From assembly GCA_963794995.1 (NCBI GenBank), contig CAWCFV010000002.1, forward strand, positions 747,849 to 811,848: DNA of 64,000 nt, written 5' to 3'. Positions within the stretch are counted from its first letter, which is position 1. Every line of letters begins with the position of its first letter. The notes beneath the pieces were generated by a model that ran no database searches, was not told the DNA's origin, and was given only the letters and a program-made list of their open reading frames with translations. The DNA is from an uncultured Actinomycetota bacterium (GTDB lineage Bacteria > Actinomycetota > Actinomycetes > JACCUZ01). Of the stretch, positions 21,577 to 31,001 are shown piece after piece. A program made the position numbers and the translations under genes.

Positions 21577-22097
21577 CAGCCCCACCCCCCCGGAGGGGTC
21601 GTGCTGCCGGCGCTCGTGCGCGCCTCCGCGCTTCCCGACGGCGCCTTGGTGTCCTGCTCGATCCGCATGCTCAGCCTGGTCCGGAAGCGGCCGGAGTCCG
21701 GGAGGGGGACGAAGTTCGTGACCGACTGCCCGTCGACCACAAGGCAGACGCGCACGTCCTGCCCCTTGGCCCAGCTCGCCGGCGGCGGCGGCGCAACCAC
21801 CCGCGCGAAGGCGGTGCCCGAGACGGGGGACGCTGCCGTCACGGCGAGGCACGCCGTCTTCTGGAGGTCGGGATCGCCGCTCTTTGCGGACACGCCGCTG
21901 CAGGCACCGGCCGGGAACTCCTCGACGGCGGCCCGACGCGACGCCTCACGCACCCCGGACTCGGCACCCAGGGTGTTGGCGAAGTAGATGCCGTAGTCGA
22001 GGATCCCGAACACCAGGAGCAGCAGGACCGGCACCACCAGGGCGAACTCGAGCGCGGACGCTCCGCTGTCGCGGCCGGGTCCCGGCTTCCTCGTCAT
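21567..22097 (-). CDS. TadE-like pseudopilin
   Basis: GASALEFALVVPVLLLLVFGILDYGIYF, a TadE-like N-terminus with a G/ASxxEF processing-type motif. Confidence 0.65.
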   Translation of the reverse strand: MTRKPGPGRDSGASALEFALVVPVLLLLVFGILDYGIYFANTLGAESGVREASRRAAVEEFPAGACSGVSAKSGDPDLQKTACLAVTAASPVSGTAFARVVAPPPPASWAKGQDVRVCLVVDGQSVTNFVPLPDSGRFRTRLSMRIEQDTKAPSGSAEARTSAGSTTPPGGWGWCG

Positions 22098-22220
22098 GTC
22101 GTCCCGACCCCAAAGCTGAGCTCGCGCTGCCCCGCACGCTGCGGACCATACTCCGGACACGCCGTGTCGGCGGCGTCCACTCTGCTCCATCGACGCGGGC
22201 AGCGCGCGGGTTTAGCGGGA

Positions 22221-23168
22221 TTACCGGTGGCGGGCGAGGTCGGCGGCGCCGACCAGCCCGGCGTCGTTGCCCAGCTCGGCCGACAGCACGCGAGCCGTCG
22301 GGCGGCGGCCACGGCCGGTCAGCAGCTCCTCGAAGGCCGCCCGGGTCGGCTCCAGCACCAGGTCGCCGGCCTCGGACACGCCGCCGCCGAGCACGAAGCA
22401 CTCAGGGTCGAGGACCGCGGCGAGGTCGGCCAGGCCCTGGCCCAGCCAGTGACCGAGCTGGTCGAAGGCGGCCCTCGCCACCGGGTCCCCCTGCTGGGCG
22501 GCCGTGGTCACGTGCTCCCCCGCGATCCCCTCGGGCGTGCCGTCGCCGAGCCCGAGCAGGATCTCGGCGTCGGCCCGACGGTCAGCGGCCCGGGTCCGGG
22601 CGTCGCGGACGAGGGCACCCCCGCTCGCGTACTGCTCCCAGCATCCACGCTGACCGCAGCCGCACTGACGCCCGGCCTCGACCATCTGGATGTGGCCGAT
22701 CTCAGCGCCCACCCCGAAGCCCCCGCGGTAGAGCTCCCCGTCGACGACGATGCCGCCCCCCACCCCGGTGCCGACCGTGACGCACACGATGAACCGCGCC
22801 TCCCGCCCCGCGCCGAACCGCGCCTCGCCCCAGGCGGCGGCGTTCGCGTCGTTCTCGACCACGACCGGGAGCCCCACGCGCTGCTCGACCTCGGCCCGCA
22901 GGGGCCCGTCGCGCCAGCCGAGCAGGTTGGGGGCGAAGTACACGGTCGACCGGCCGGCGTCGACGAACCCCGCGATGCCGATGCCGACCGCCTCGACCTC
23001 GTGCCCGGTGTGCAGCGCGTCGATCACCGACGTGATCGCCGACGTCGTGGCCTCCGCGTCGCGCGCCGGCGTCTCGACCCGGTGCTGCGCGAGGATGGTG
23101 CCGTCCTCGGCGACGACACCGCCTGCGACCTTCGTGCCCCCGACGTCGACCCCGATCGTGAGGCTCAT
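22221..23168 (-). CDS. ROK-family glucokinase
   Basis: IGVDVGGTKVAGGVV...ENDANAAAWGE...GTGVGGGIV...GHIQM...CGCGQRGCWEQYASG (ROK zinc motif). Confidence 0.8.
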   Translation of the reverse strand: MSLTIGVDVGGTKVAGGVVAEDGTILAQHRVETPARDAEATTSAITSVIDALHTGHEVEAVGIGIAGFVDAGRSTVYFAPNLLGWRDGPLRAEVEQRVGLPVVVENDANAAAWGEARFGAGREARFIVCVTVGTGVGGGIVVDGELYRGGFGVGAEIGHIQMVEAGRQCGCGQRGCWEQYASGGALVRDARTRAADRRADAEILLGLGDGTPEGIAGEHVTTAAQQGDPVARAAFDQLGHWLGQGLADLAAVLDPECFVLGGGVSEAGDLVLEPTRAAFEELLTGRGRRPTARVLSAELGNDAGLVGAADLARHR

Positions 23169-23485
23169 CGACGCCGATCTGCGTCGAGCGCCCGCAGGGC
23201 GGCCCCCAGCGAGGAGACCGCGTCCGCGAGGTGCTCGTAGACCTCCGGGCTCACGCCGATTACGGCACGACGGACCCGGCACACGGGGCAGCCGCGGCAC
23301 TCGGGCGGGCTCGCGTCGGCCGTGGCCTCCGCCCACACGTCACCCGCGTCCGGGCCACCTGACCTTGCGGACTGCGAGGCCAGCCACAGGTGTGCCACCT
23401 CGGCCAGCTTGGCCGCCTCCTCGGCGATCGACCCGTGCTGGCCGTTCCGGTCGTCGCGGTCGTGGGACCGGGCGTTCTCGGACAT
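23165..23485 (-). CDS. Small hypothetical protein with CRGCPVC motif
   Basis: 106-aa ORF whose stop overlaps the glucokinase start (ATGA). Contains ECRGCPVCRV. No identifiable domain. Confidence 0.4.
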   Translation of the reverse strand: MSENARSHDRDDRNGQHGSIAEEAAKLAEVAHLWLASQSARSGGPDAGDVWAEATADASPPECRGCPVCRVRRAVIGVSPEVYEHLADAVSSLGAALRALDADRRR

Positions 23486-23489
23486 CCCG

Positions 23490-23928
23490 CTACCCCTCGA
23501 CCCGCTTCTTGAGCTCCTTCAGGGCGGTGTCGATGATGACCTTCTCGGCCTTGCGCTTGATCATCCCGAGCATGGGGATCTTGACGTCGACCACGAGCTG
23601 GTAGGTCACCGTGGTGGTGCCGTCGCCGTTGTCTGCGAGCAGGTACGCGCCGTCCATGGTCTTCACGATCTGCTCGGCCTCGACCAGGCTCCAGCGCACC
23701 TCCTTGGCGGCCTTCCAGGTGTACGCGAGCGTGTAGGAGTCCTTGATCGCTCCGGCATCGAGCTGGAACCAGACCTCCTTGGCGCGCCCGCCGGCGCCGC
23801 GCGAGCGGACGTCCACCTGCTTCACGGCACCGGTCCAGTCCGGGTACGCCTCGAAGTCGGCGATGACGTCCATGACGTCGGCAGGGGCGGCATCGACGGT
23901 GATGCTGGACTCGGTGCGCTCAGCCATG
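23490..23928 (-). CDS. SRPBCC (polyketide cyclase/dehydrase-like) family protein
   Basis: MAERTESSITVDAAPADVMDVIADFEAYPDWTGAVKQVDV...VTYQLVVDVKIPMLGMIKRKAEKVI. I recall a mycobacterial SRPBCC protein (Rv2185c/TB16.3) in the syntenic position. Confidence 0.65.
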
Positions 23929-23959
23929 CGGCAGAGGCTACTGGAGCGGCTGCCGGTCG

Positions 23960-24391
23960 CTAGACGAGCGCCCCGAGGGCGGCCAGCACGAGGAACAGGA
24001 CCGTCATCGCGGCGACGGCGCCGCCGATCATGACCGCGACCCGCTTGCCGGTGCTGTCGACCAGGCCCGCGGCCCGACCGAAGGGGTTGCCCGCCTCCCC
24101 GGCAGCGAGCTCGGCCAGCAGCTGGTCGGCCAGCTGCTCGACGTCGGTCGGCGCCGGCGCGGCCTCGGCGGGCGGCGTGGCCCGGGCGTGCTTGCCCCGC
24201 CCGCGTGCAGCGGCGGGGGGCGGCTCGGCCCCGGCCTCCGCCTGGGCGGTCGGTGCGACCCCGGCGGGCCCGACAGGCTCGGCGGCGCGGGCCCGCAGGT
24301 CGGCGTAGCACAGGGTGCACCAGTCGCTTCCCGGGCGGGCGGCGGCCGCGCAGCGCGGACAGCGCACCGAAGGCTCGGTCGAGGTGCTCAC
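23960..24391 (-). CDS. Zinc-ribbon (CPRC...CTLC) protein with C-terminal TM helix
   Basis: VSTSTEPSVRCPRCAAAARPGSDWCTLCYADL... then a C-terminal VAVMIGGAVAAMTVLFLVLAALGALV. AAGGGG RBS before the GTG. The start overlaps the upstream gene's stop. Confidence 0.5.
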   Translation of the reverse strand: MSTSTEPSVRCPRCAAAARPGSDWCTLCYADLRARAAEPVGPAGVAPTAQAEAGAEPPPAAARGRGKHARATPPAEAAPAPTDVEQLADQLLAELAAGEAGNPFGRAAGLVDSTGKRVAVMIGGAVAAMTVLFLVLAALGALV

Positions 24392-24761
24392 GTCACCCCT
24401 TCGGCCCCCTCCAGCCGGTCCTTGAGCGCGAACGCGTCCGCCTTCCACGACCGGACCAGCCGCTCGCGCAGGTTCCGGAGCCGCCGCGGGCGCAGCGGCG
24501 CCGGCGGGTCGGCCCGCAGGTACCAGTGGACGACCGTGCCGGACCCGACCGGCTCGAGCCACAGCTCCATGCTGCCGCGGAGGTCCCCGCGCACCGCCCA
24601 CTGCACGCCCTTGATCCCCCGGTCGCGGGTCACCTCGAGCGCGAGGTCGGGCCACCACCTGCGCCAGCGGGCCGGGTCGGCCACGGCGGCCGCGACCTCG
24701 GCGGGCGGCCGGGCGACATAGGTGTCGTCGGCGATGTCGACGGCGGGCACGCCCACCAGCA
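24388..24761 (-). CDS. SRPBCC-like small protein
   Basis: MLVGVPAVDIADDTYVARPPAEVAAAVADPARWRRWWPDL...GTVVHWYLR. Its stop overlaps the next gene's start. Confidence 0.5.
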
Positions 24762-24863
24762 TGACGGGACGCCGGGAGGGGCTGACTCGGAGGGCTACTG
24801 ACAAGTAAGGTTCCGGCAAAGTTACCTGGAAGCAACCGGGACGACCCGAGGAGCGCACCAACC

Positions 24864-26669
24864 GTGGACGAGTACACCTCCCCTGTGCTGGTACCGGCGG
24901 CGACGTCGGGCAACCTCGCCGACATCGTGGTCGACAACGCGGTGCAGGCCCCGCACAAGGTGGTGTTCAAGCGGCGCTCCGGGGACCGCTGGCTGGATGT
25001 CACCTGCAGCGAGTTCCTGACCCAGGTCAACGGCGTCGCCAAGGGGCTGGTCGCGGCGGGCGTGGGTGTCGGGGACCGGGTCGGGCTGATGTCCAAGACC
25101 CGCTACGAGTGGACCCTCGTCGACTTCGCCATCTGGACCGCCGGCGCGGTCACGGTGCCGCTCTACGAGACCTCGTCGGCCGAGCAGGTGCAGTGGATCC
25201 TGAGCGACTCCGGCGCGGTGGCGTGCGTCGTCGAGGGGTCCGAGCACCTGGAGGTCGTCAACGAGGTGCGGGGCACGCTCAGCGCCCTCGACAACGTCTG
25301 GACGATCGAGGCCGGCGGCATCGACGACCTCACCGCTGCCGGTCGCGACGTCGCCGACACCGACCTCGAGGCGCGGCGCACCGCCGCGACACCGGACGAC
25401 CTCGCCACCATCATCTACACCTCGGGCACGACCGGCCGGCCGAAGGGCTGCGAGCTCACCCACGGCAACTTCCTCTACGAGGCCGCCAACGTCATCAGCG
25501 ACAAGGACGCCGACGCCACGCTGGCCAGGGTCTTCCAGGACGACGGGGCCTCGACGCTGCTGTTCCTCCCGCTGGCGCACGTGTTCGCGCGCATGATCGA
25601 GGTCGGGGTCGTCATGGCCCGCGCGGAGGTCGGGCACACGGCGGACGTCAAGAACCTGCTCGCCGACCTCGGGTCGTTCAAGCCGACGTTCATCCTCTCG
25701 GTGCCCCGCGTCTTCGAGAAGGTCTACAACTCCTCGGCGCAGAAGGCCGAGGCGGCCGGCAAGGGCAAGATCTTCCACGCTGCCGCGGACACCGCGATCG
25801 CCTACAGCGAGTCGCTCGACCACGGCGGTCCGGGTATCGCGCTGCGCGCCAAGCACGCTCTGTTCGACAAGCTCGTCTACACCAAGCTGCGGACGGCTCT
25901 CGGCGGCCGGGTCAAGTGGGCGGTCTCCGGCGGGGCCCCCCTCGGCGCACGGCTCGGTCACTTCTACCGGGGCATCGGCCTCACCGTGCTCGAGGGCTAC
26001 GGCCTGACCGAGACCACGGCGGCGTCCACGGTGTGCACGCCCGGCATGGTCAAGATCGGGACCGTCGGCCGCCCGCTGCCCGGCGTCTCGATCCGGATCG
26101 CCGACGACGGCGAGATCCTCATCAAGGGTGGCCAGGTGTTCCGGGGCTACTACAACAACGAGGCGGCTTCGACCGAGGCGCTGCGTGACGGCTGGTTCTC
26201 CACCGGCGACATCGGCGAGCTCGACGAGGACGGCTGCCTGCGCATCACCGGCCGCAAGAAGGAGCTCATCGTCACGGCGGGCGGCAAGAACGTCGCACCT
26301 GCCGTGCTCGAGGACCGGCTGCGCGCCCACCGGCTGGTCAGCCAGTGCATGGTGGTGGGCGACGCCCAGCCTTACATCGCCTGCCTCATCACCCTCGACG
26401 AGGAGGCACTGCCGCCCTGGCTCGAGCAGCACGGCAAGGGCGGGCAGTCGCTGGCCGACGCTGCCGACGACCCAGAGCTGGTCGCCGAGATCCAGTCCGC
26501 CGTCGACGACGCGAACAAGGCGGTGTCCAAGGCCGAGGCGATCAAGAAGTTCAAGATCCTCCCCGTCGAGTGGACCGAGGAGAGCGGCGCACTCACCCCG
26601 TCGATGAAGCTCAAGCGTGGCGTCGTCATGAAGGAGCACGCGGCCGAGGTCGACGCGCTCTACTCGTAA
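24864..26669 (+). CDS. Long-chain fatty-acid--CoA ligase (AMP-binding, FadD15-like)
   Basis: AMP-binding motif IIYTSGTTGRPKG. ...YGLTETT...GWFSTGDIG...ITGRKKELIVTAGGKNVAP. Confidence 0.85.
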   Translation: MDEYTSPVLVPAATSGNLADIVVDNAVQAPHKVVFKRRSGDRWLDVTCSEFLTQVNGVAKGLVAAGVGVGDRVGLMSKTRYEWTLVDFAIWTAGAVTVPLYETSSAEQVQWILSDSGAVACVVEGSEHLEVVNEVRGTLSALDNVWTIEAGGIDDLTAAGRDVADTDLEARRTAATPDDLATIIYTSGTTGRPKGCELTHGNFLYEAANVISDKDADATLARVFQDDGASTLLFLPLAHVFARMIEVGVVMARAEVGHTADVKNLLADLGSFKPTFILSVPRVFEKVYNSSAQKAEAAGKGKIFHAAADTAIAYSESLDHGGPGIALRAKHALFDKLVYTKLRTALGGRVKWAVSGGAPLGARLGHFYRGIGLTVLEGYGLTETTAASTVCTPGMVKIGTVGRPLPGVSIRIADDGEILIKGGQVFRGYYNNEAASTEALRDGWFSTGDIGELDEDGCLRITGRKKELIVTAGGKNVAPAVLEDRLRAHRLVSQCMVVGDAQPYIACLITLDEEALPPWLEQHGKGGQSLADAADDPELVAEIQSAVDDANKAVSKAEAIKKFKILPVEWTEESGALTPSMKLKRGVVMKEHAAEVDALYS

Positions 26670-26694
26670 CCGCGGACACCCGGTCCGCGGGCGG

Positions 26695-27417
26695 GTGACA
26701 ATCGGTCCCATGTCCCCCGTGGTCGAGGTGCGCGACCTCACCGTGCGCTTCGACGACGTGGTGGCGGTCGACCGGCTCGACCTCACGCTCGCCGCGGGCG
26801 CCTCCGTGGCGCTGGTGGGGCGCAACGGCGCGGGCAAGTCCACCTCGCTCCGGGTCCTGGCCGGTGTCCTGCCTCCGAGCAGCGGCACCGTCCGGGTCGC
26901 CGGCGTCGACGCCGTCAAGGACCCCTCCGGAGTCAAGGCGCGGGTGGGCTACTGCCCCGACGTCGGGGGGCTGGTGCCACGGGCCACGGCCTGGGAGCAC
27001 CTCCAGCTCGCGGCGACCCTGCGTGGCATGGGCCCCGGGTGGCAGGCGCGCGCGACCGACCTGCTCGAGCGCTTCGAGCTGGCTGGTGCAGCCGACCGCG
27101 TCACCGCCGGGTTCAGCCACGGGATGGGACGGCGGATGTCGGTGGTCCTCGCCGCCTTCCACCGGCCGGACGTGCTGCTGCTCGACGAGCCGTTCGACGG
27201 TGTCGACCCGGCAGGCGTCGACGCCACGATGGAGGTGATCCGCGAGCTGCGGCTGGCCGGCTCCGCCGTCCTCGTGTCGACCCACCTCCTGGGCCTGGCC
27301 GTCGCGGCCTGCGAGGAGGCCGTGGTCCTGCGGCGCGGTGGCGTCGCCGCCGCCGCGCCCACGGCCGAGCTGACCGGCGCCGAGGGCGCGGCCCGCTACC
27401 GGAGCCTGCTCGGATGA
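26695..27417 (+). CDS. ABC transporter ATP-binding protein
   Basis: Walker A GRNGAGKST. Signature FSHGMGRRMSV. Walker B LLLDEPFDGVD. Confidence 0.85.
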   Translation: MTIGPMSPVVEVRDLTVRFDDVVAVDRLDLTLAAGASVALVGRNGAGKSTSLRVLAGVLPPSSGTVRVAGVDAVKDPSGVKARVGYCPDVGGLVPRATAWEHLQLAATLRGMGPGWQARATDLLERFELAGAADRVTAGFSHGMGRRMSVVLAAFHRPDVLLLDEPFDGVDPAGVDATMEVIRELRLAGSAVLVSTHLLGLAVAACEEAVVLRRGGVAAAAPTAELTGAEGAARYRSLLG

Positions 27418-28913
27418 GCGGGCAGCTCGGGCCGCTGGTCCGGTTGCGCTGGCGGATGGTGCGCGGCGTCCGGGCCCGGCTCGGCTTCGCGCTCCTGTCG
27501 GCGGCGGTACCCGCCCTCTGCCTCGCGACGGTCGTCGCCGGACGCCTGCTCCCCCAGGACCGCAGCATCGACGTCCTGCTCCTGGCCCCGACCGCCTACC
27601 TGTCCGTGGCCGTCCTCGCGGCGCTGGCGCCGCTGGTGGCCGGCGGCGGGAACGAGCTCTTCCCGTCCGAGCAGCTGGCCGCGTACCCGGTGACCGCCCG
27701 CACGCAGTACCTCGCGTCCTTGGCGCTGACCCCGCTGAACCTTGCCTGGACCACGCAGGTGGCGGCCCTGCTCGGCCTCACGGCCTACGTGACGCCCGCG
27801 CCGGCCCGGCTCTCGCTGGCCCTGGCGACCTGCCTGGCGTACGTCGCCGTCGTCACCGTGGTGGGGCAGGCGGTCGGGTGGGCAGTCGTCGGAACCCGCA
27901 CCCGCCGCCGCGGCCGACAGGCGACCTGGGGCCTGGCCGGCGCCCTGCTGGGCCTGGCTCTCGCGACGGTCGCGACCGGGCAGGTGGGCGAGCTCCTCGA
28001 CCGCTCCCCCACGACCTGGGTCGTGATCGGTGCCGCCTCGGGGCGTCCCGGCCTGTACCACCAGTGGGCGCTCATCACGGTCGCCCTGGTGCTCCTCGCC
28101 TTCGTCGGCGACCGGCTGGGCCGGCTGGCCTGCGCCTGGGCGCTGCGTCAGCCGGGAGAGGCCACCGGTCGGCTCGACGCCCGGCCGCTGCGCCGCCGCT
28201 CGCCGGCCGCAAGCACCCACCGGGCCCTGCTCGCGCTCGACCGCGCCAGTGTCTGGCGCTCCGGGTCGCTGCGGCGCGGGCTGCTGGTGCTCAGCGTGCT
28301 GCCGGGCGGGGTCGCGGCCGTCGCCGGGCTGGACTGGGCCTCGATGGTCCTGCTCCCGGGACTCGTCGCCTCGGGTGCCGGCCTCCTGTTCGGAGTGAAC
28401 GCCTTCTGCCTCGACGGCGCCGGCGCGGTCTGGCTCGGCTCGCTGCCCGGCCGCCCGGCGGACGCGTTCTGGTCCAAGGCGCGGGTCACCGCCGAGACCT
28501 GCCTGGCCGCGGTCGTCCTCACCCTGCTGGCCGGCTCGGCCCGGGCCGGCGCGGCTCCGACCGCGGCAGAGGTGACAGCGCTGGTGGCATGCACGGCGGT
28601 CGTCCTGCTGCGCGTGGTCGCCCTGTCGATGGAGCTGTCCGTGCGGCGGCCGCACCGCGCCGACCTGCGCGGGCCCCGCGACACGCCCGCCCCGCCGGGC
28701 GTGATGGCCGCCTACTCCGCCCGGCTGGCCCTCACGACGACCCTGGTGGCCGTGCTCTTCTCCGCGCTGGCCGAGGTGGCGCCGTGGCAGTGGCCGCTCT
28801 ACGTGGCCGTGCCGTTCCTCCTGCTCAGCGCGCGCCGCCTGCTCGTGGCCGGCCGCGCCTGGGCGAGCCCCGCGGTGCGCGCACGGGTCATCTCGGTGGT
28901 GGCCGCAGGCTGA
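27414..28913 (+). CDS. Multi-TM ABC-2-type permease (putative), coupled to upstream ATPase
   Basis: The start overlaps the ATPase stop (ATGA). ~10–12 hydrophobic segments. No sequence motif beyond topology. Confidence 0.5.
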   Translation: MSGQLGPLVRLRWRMVRGVRARLGFALLSAAVPALCLATVVAGRLLPQDRSIDVLLLAPTAYLSVAVLAALAPLVAGGGNELFPSEQLAAYPVTARTQYLASLALTPLNLAWTTQVAALLGLTAYVTPAPARLSLALATCLAYVAVVTVVGQAVGWAVVGTRTRRRGRQATWGLAGALLGLALATVATGQVGELLDRSPTTWVVIGAASGRPGLYHQWALITVALVLLAFVGDRLGRLACAWALRQPGEATGRLDARPLRRRSPAASTHRALLALDRASVWRSGSLRRGLLVLSVLPGGVAAVAGLDWASMVLLPGLVASGAGLLFGVNAFCLDGAGAVWLGSLPGRPADAFWSKARVTAETCLAAVVLTLLAGSARAGAAPTAAEVTALVACTAVVLLRVVALSMELSVRRPHRADLRGPRDTPAPPGVMAAYSARLALTTTLVAVLFSALAEVAPWQWPLYVAVPFLLLSARRLLVAGRAWASPAVRARVISVVAAG

Positions 28914-29061
28914 GCGCGGGCCGCCGATCCGGGCATTCAGCCCCCAATCGGCCACCGGCTCGCCTACGGTCGGTGTGTCGATCGCCCCGTTGGACGCTCG
29001 ACCGACAAGACTGTCACGGCTCCGGCTCAACTCGGCCGCGAACGTACCGATTGAAGGACCT

Positions 29062-29793
29062 ATGGGACGTCGCACGCTCCTCCTGATCGCCGCGCTCGTC
29101 GTCGCCGCCCTCGGGACCACCGGCGTCTTCCTGTACGTCAACGGCGTCGACGAGCGTGCAGGTGCCGACTTCGAGCTCGTCGAGATCCTCGTCGCCACCG
29201 CGCCCATCGACGCGGGGACCACGGCCCAGTCGGCCAGCGAGCTCGGCGCGATGGACCTGCGGGAGTACCTCGCGAAGAGCATCGAGGGCCTGCCCGCCCT
29301 CAGCGACATCTCGTCCATCGCCACCCAGGTGGCGCTCGCACCGATCGTCCCCGGAGAGCCCATCCTGGCGTCCCAGTTCGGCGAGTCGGCCGACACCAGC
29401 TCGCTGCCCATCCCGGACGGCAAGCTGGCCGTCAGCGTCGAGCTCGGGAACCCGGCCCGGGTCGCCGGCTTCGTCGGGCCCGGCGACGAGGTCGCCATCA
29501 TGCTCACGACCGGTGACGAGAGCGGCGACAACGGGGGCGCGACCCTGGTGACCCGGGTGCTGCTGCCGAACGTGCAGGTCATCGCGGCGGGCGCCACGAC
29601 CGTGGTGCCGGCCGCCGGCGCGCAGGCCGAGCAGGTGCCCAGGACCATCCTCACGCTGGCGGTCGACCAGGACCAGGCCCAGAAGGTCGTGTACGGCTCC
29701 CAGAACGGCACCATGTACTTCGCCCTCCGGGGCAAGGACGCCCGGGTCGACCCGAACGACACCGGTACCACGGCCAGGAACCTGTTCGACTGA
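29062..29793 (+). CDS. cpaB: Flp pilus assembly protein CpaB (SAF/RcpC domains)
   Basis: N-terminal TM (LLLIAALVVAALGTTGVFLYV). SAF-like region. Position at the head of the tad operon. Confidence 0.8.
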   Translation: MGRRTLLLIAALVVAALGTTGVFLYVNGVDERAGADFELVEILVATAPIDAGTTAQSASELGAMDLREYLAKSIEGLPALSDISSIATQVALAPIVPGEPILASQFGESADTSSLPIPDGKLAVSVELGNPARVAGFVGPGDEVAIMLTTGDESGDNGGATLVTRVLLPNVQVIAAGATTVVPAAGAQAEQVPRTILTLAVDQDQAQKVVYGSQNGTMYFALRGKDARVDPNDTGTTARNLFD

Positions 29794-31001
29794 TGACCGC
29801 GATCGTCGACCTCGACCCGAACGTCTCCGGCGCCCTGCAGGCGGCCCTGGGGCCCGAGAGCCTGCTGCTGCCCTCCCTCGACGCGCTGCGCCGGCACCTC
29901 GAGACCCACTTCGCCGAGGACGTCGTCGTGCTCGGCCCGACGGTCGACCAGGCGGCGGCGCTCGCTCTCGCCGCAGCGATGCGGGTGACCCGTCCGAGCC
30001 TTGCCGTCATCCTCGTCCGGCGCCGGGTCGACACCTCCGTGCTCACCGACGCGCTGCGTTCAGGCGTCTTCGAGGTCATCGAGGAACGCGACCTCGCCGG
30101 TCTCAACAGCGCGGTGCGACGTGCGCGCGACCTGGCCCGGCAGCTGCGCGAGACGGTCGAGGGCGCGACGGCCCCGAGCGAGTCGGTCAGCCGCGGCCAG
30201 CTGATCACGGTGTTCTCGGCGAAGGGCGGGTGCGGCAAGACCACGCTCGCCACCAACCTCGCCGCGGCGCTGGCCGACCGTGGGCGCCGCGAGGTCTGCC
30301 TCGTGGACCTCGACCTGGCCTTCGGCGACGTGGCCATCGCCCTGCAGCTGTTCCCGGCGCACACGATCGCCGACGCCGTGCCGCTCGCGGACAGCCTCGA
30401 CGCCTCCGCACTGATGTCCTTGCTGACCCCGCACTCACCCGGGCTGACGACGCTCGTCGCCCCGATCGAGCCGGGAACGGCCGAGTCGATCCCCGCCTCG
30501 CTGGTGTCGACCGTCCTCACGCTGCTCAAGCAGCAGTTCGACTTCGTGGTCGTCGACACCCCGCCGGCGTTCGACGACCACGTGCTCGCGGCCTTCGACC
30601 AGAGCGACATGGTCGCCCTGCTCGCCACGCTCGACATCCCGGCGCTGAAGAACCTCAAGCTCACGCTGGAGACCCTCGACCTGCTCAACTACCCCCGCGA
30701 ACGGTGGCGGCTGGTGCTCAACCGGGCCGACTCGAAGGTCGGCCTGGCCGTCGGCGAGGTGGAGAAGACGCTCAAGGCACCGATCGCGGCCCAGATCCCC
30801 AGCTCGCGCGACGTCCCCGCGTCCATCAACCGCGGGGTGCCCATCGTGCTCGACGACCCGAAGCACCCGGTCAGCCTCGCGATCAAGGCCTTCGGCGAGA
30901 GCAACGTCGCGGCCAGCAGCGCCACGAGCAGCGGGGACATCCCGGCCGAGCTGCGCACCGACCGGCGCGGCCTGCTCCGCCGCAGGGCGAGGACGACATG
31001 A
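29793..31001 (+). CDS. tadZ: TadZ/CpaE pilus-assembly ATPase (pseudo-receiver N-domain + MinD/ParA-like ATPase)
   Basis: Deviant Walker A ITVFSAKGGCGKTTLATNLA. ...VVDTPPAFDDHVLAAFDQSD. Confidence 0.8.
   Translation: MTAIVDLDPNVSGALQAALGPESLLLPSLDALRRHLETHFAEDVVVLGPTVDQAAALALAAAMRVTRPSLAVILVRRRVDTSVLTDALRSGVFEVIEERDLAGLNSAVRRARDLARQLRETVEGATAPSESVSRGQLITVFSAKGGCGKTTLATNLAAALADRGRREVCLVDLDLAFGDVAIALQLFPAHTIADAVPLADSLDASALMSLLTPHSPGLTTLVAPIEPGTAESIPASLVSTVLTLLKQQFDFVVVDTPPAFDDHVLAAFDQSDMVALLATLDIPALKNLKLTLETLDLLNYPRERWRLVLNRADSKVGLAVGEVEKTLKAPIAAQIPSSRDVPASINRGVPIVLDDPKHPVSLAIKAFGESNVAASSATSSGDIPAELRTDRRGLLRRRARTT

Noticed and set aside
19582-21987. 801-aa +strand ORF spanning the EEP nuclease, tadG-like and tadE-like genes
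   Set aside because: Its translation is Arg/Gly/Pro/Ala low-complexity with no motifs. It is antisense to three minus-strand genes with clear family signatures, so it is a typical high-GC frame artifact.
22221-23336. Extended 371-aa version of the glucokinase ORF
   Set aside because: The upstream 56 codons are Arg/Gly-rich and overlap the small CxxC gene. The conserved ROK N-terminus (MSLTIGVDVGGTK) starts at 23168.
24822-26936. 704-aa minus-strand ORF opposite the acyl-CoA ligase gene
   Set aside because: The plus strand encodes an unmistakable AMP-binding enzyme. The minus-strand translation is R/G/D/V-rich with no domain.
27396-29909. 837-aa minus-strand ORF across the ABC permease and cpaB
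   Set aside because: Antisense to genes with coherent TM topology (permease) and a clear CpaB. Composition-driven open frame.
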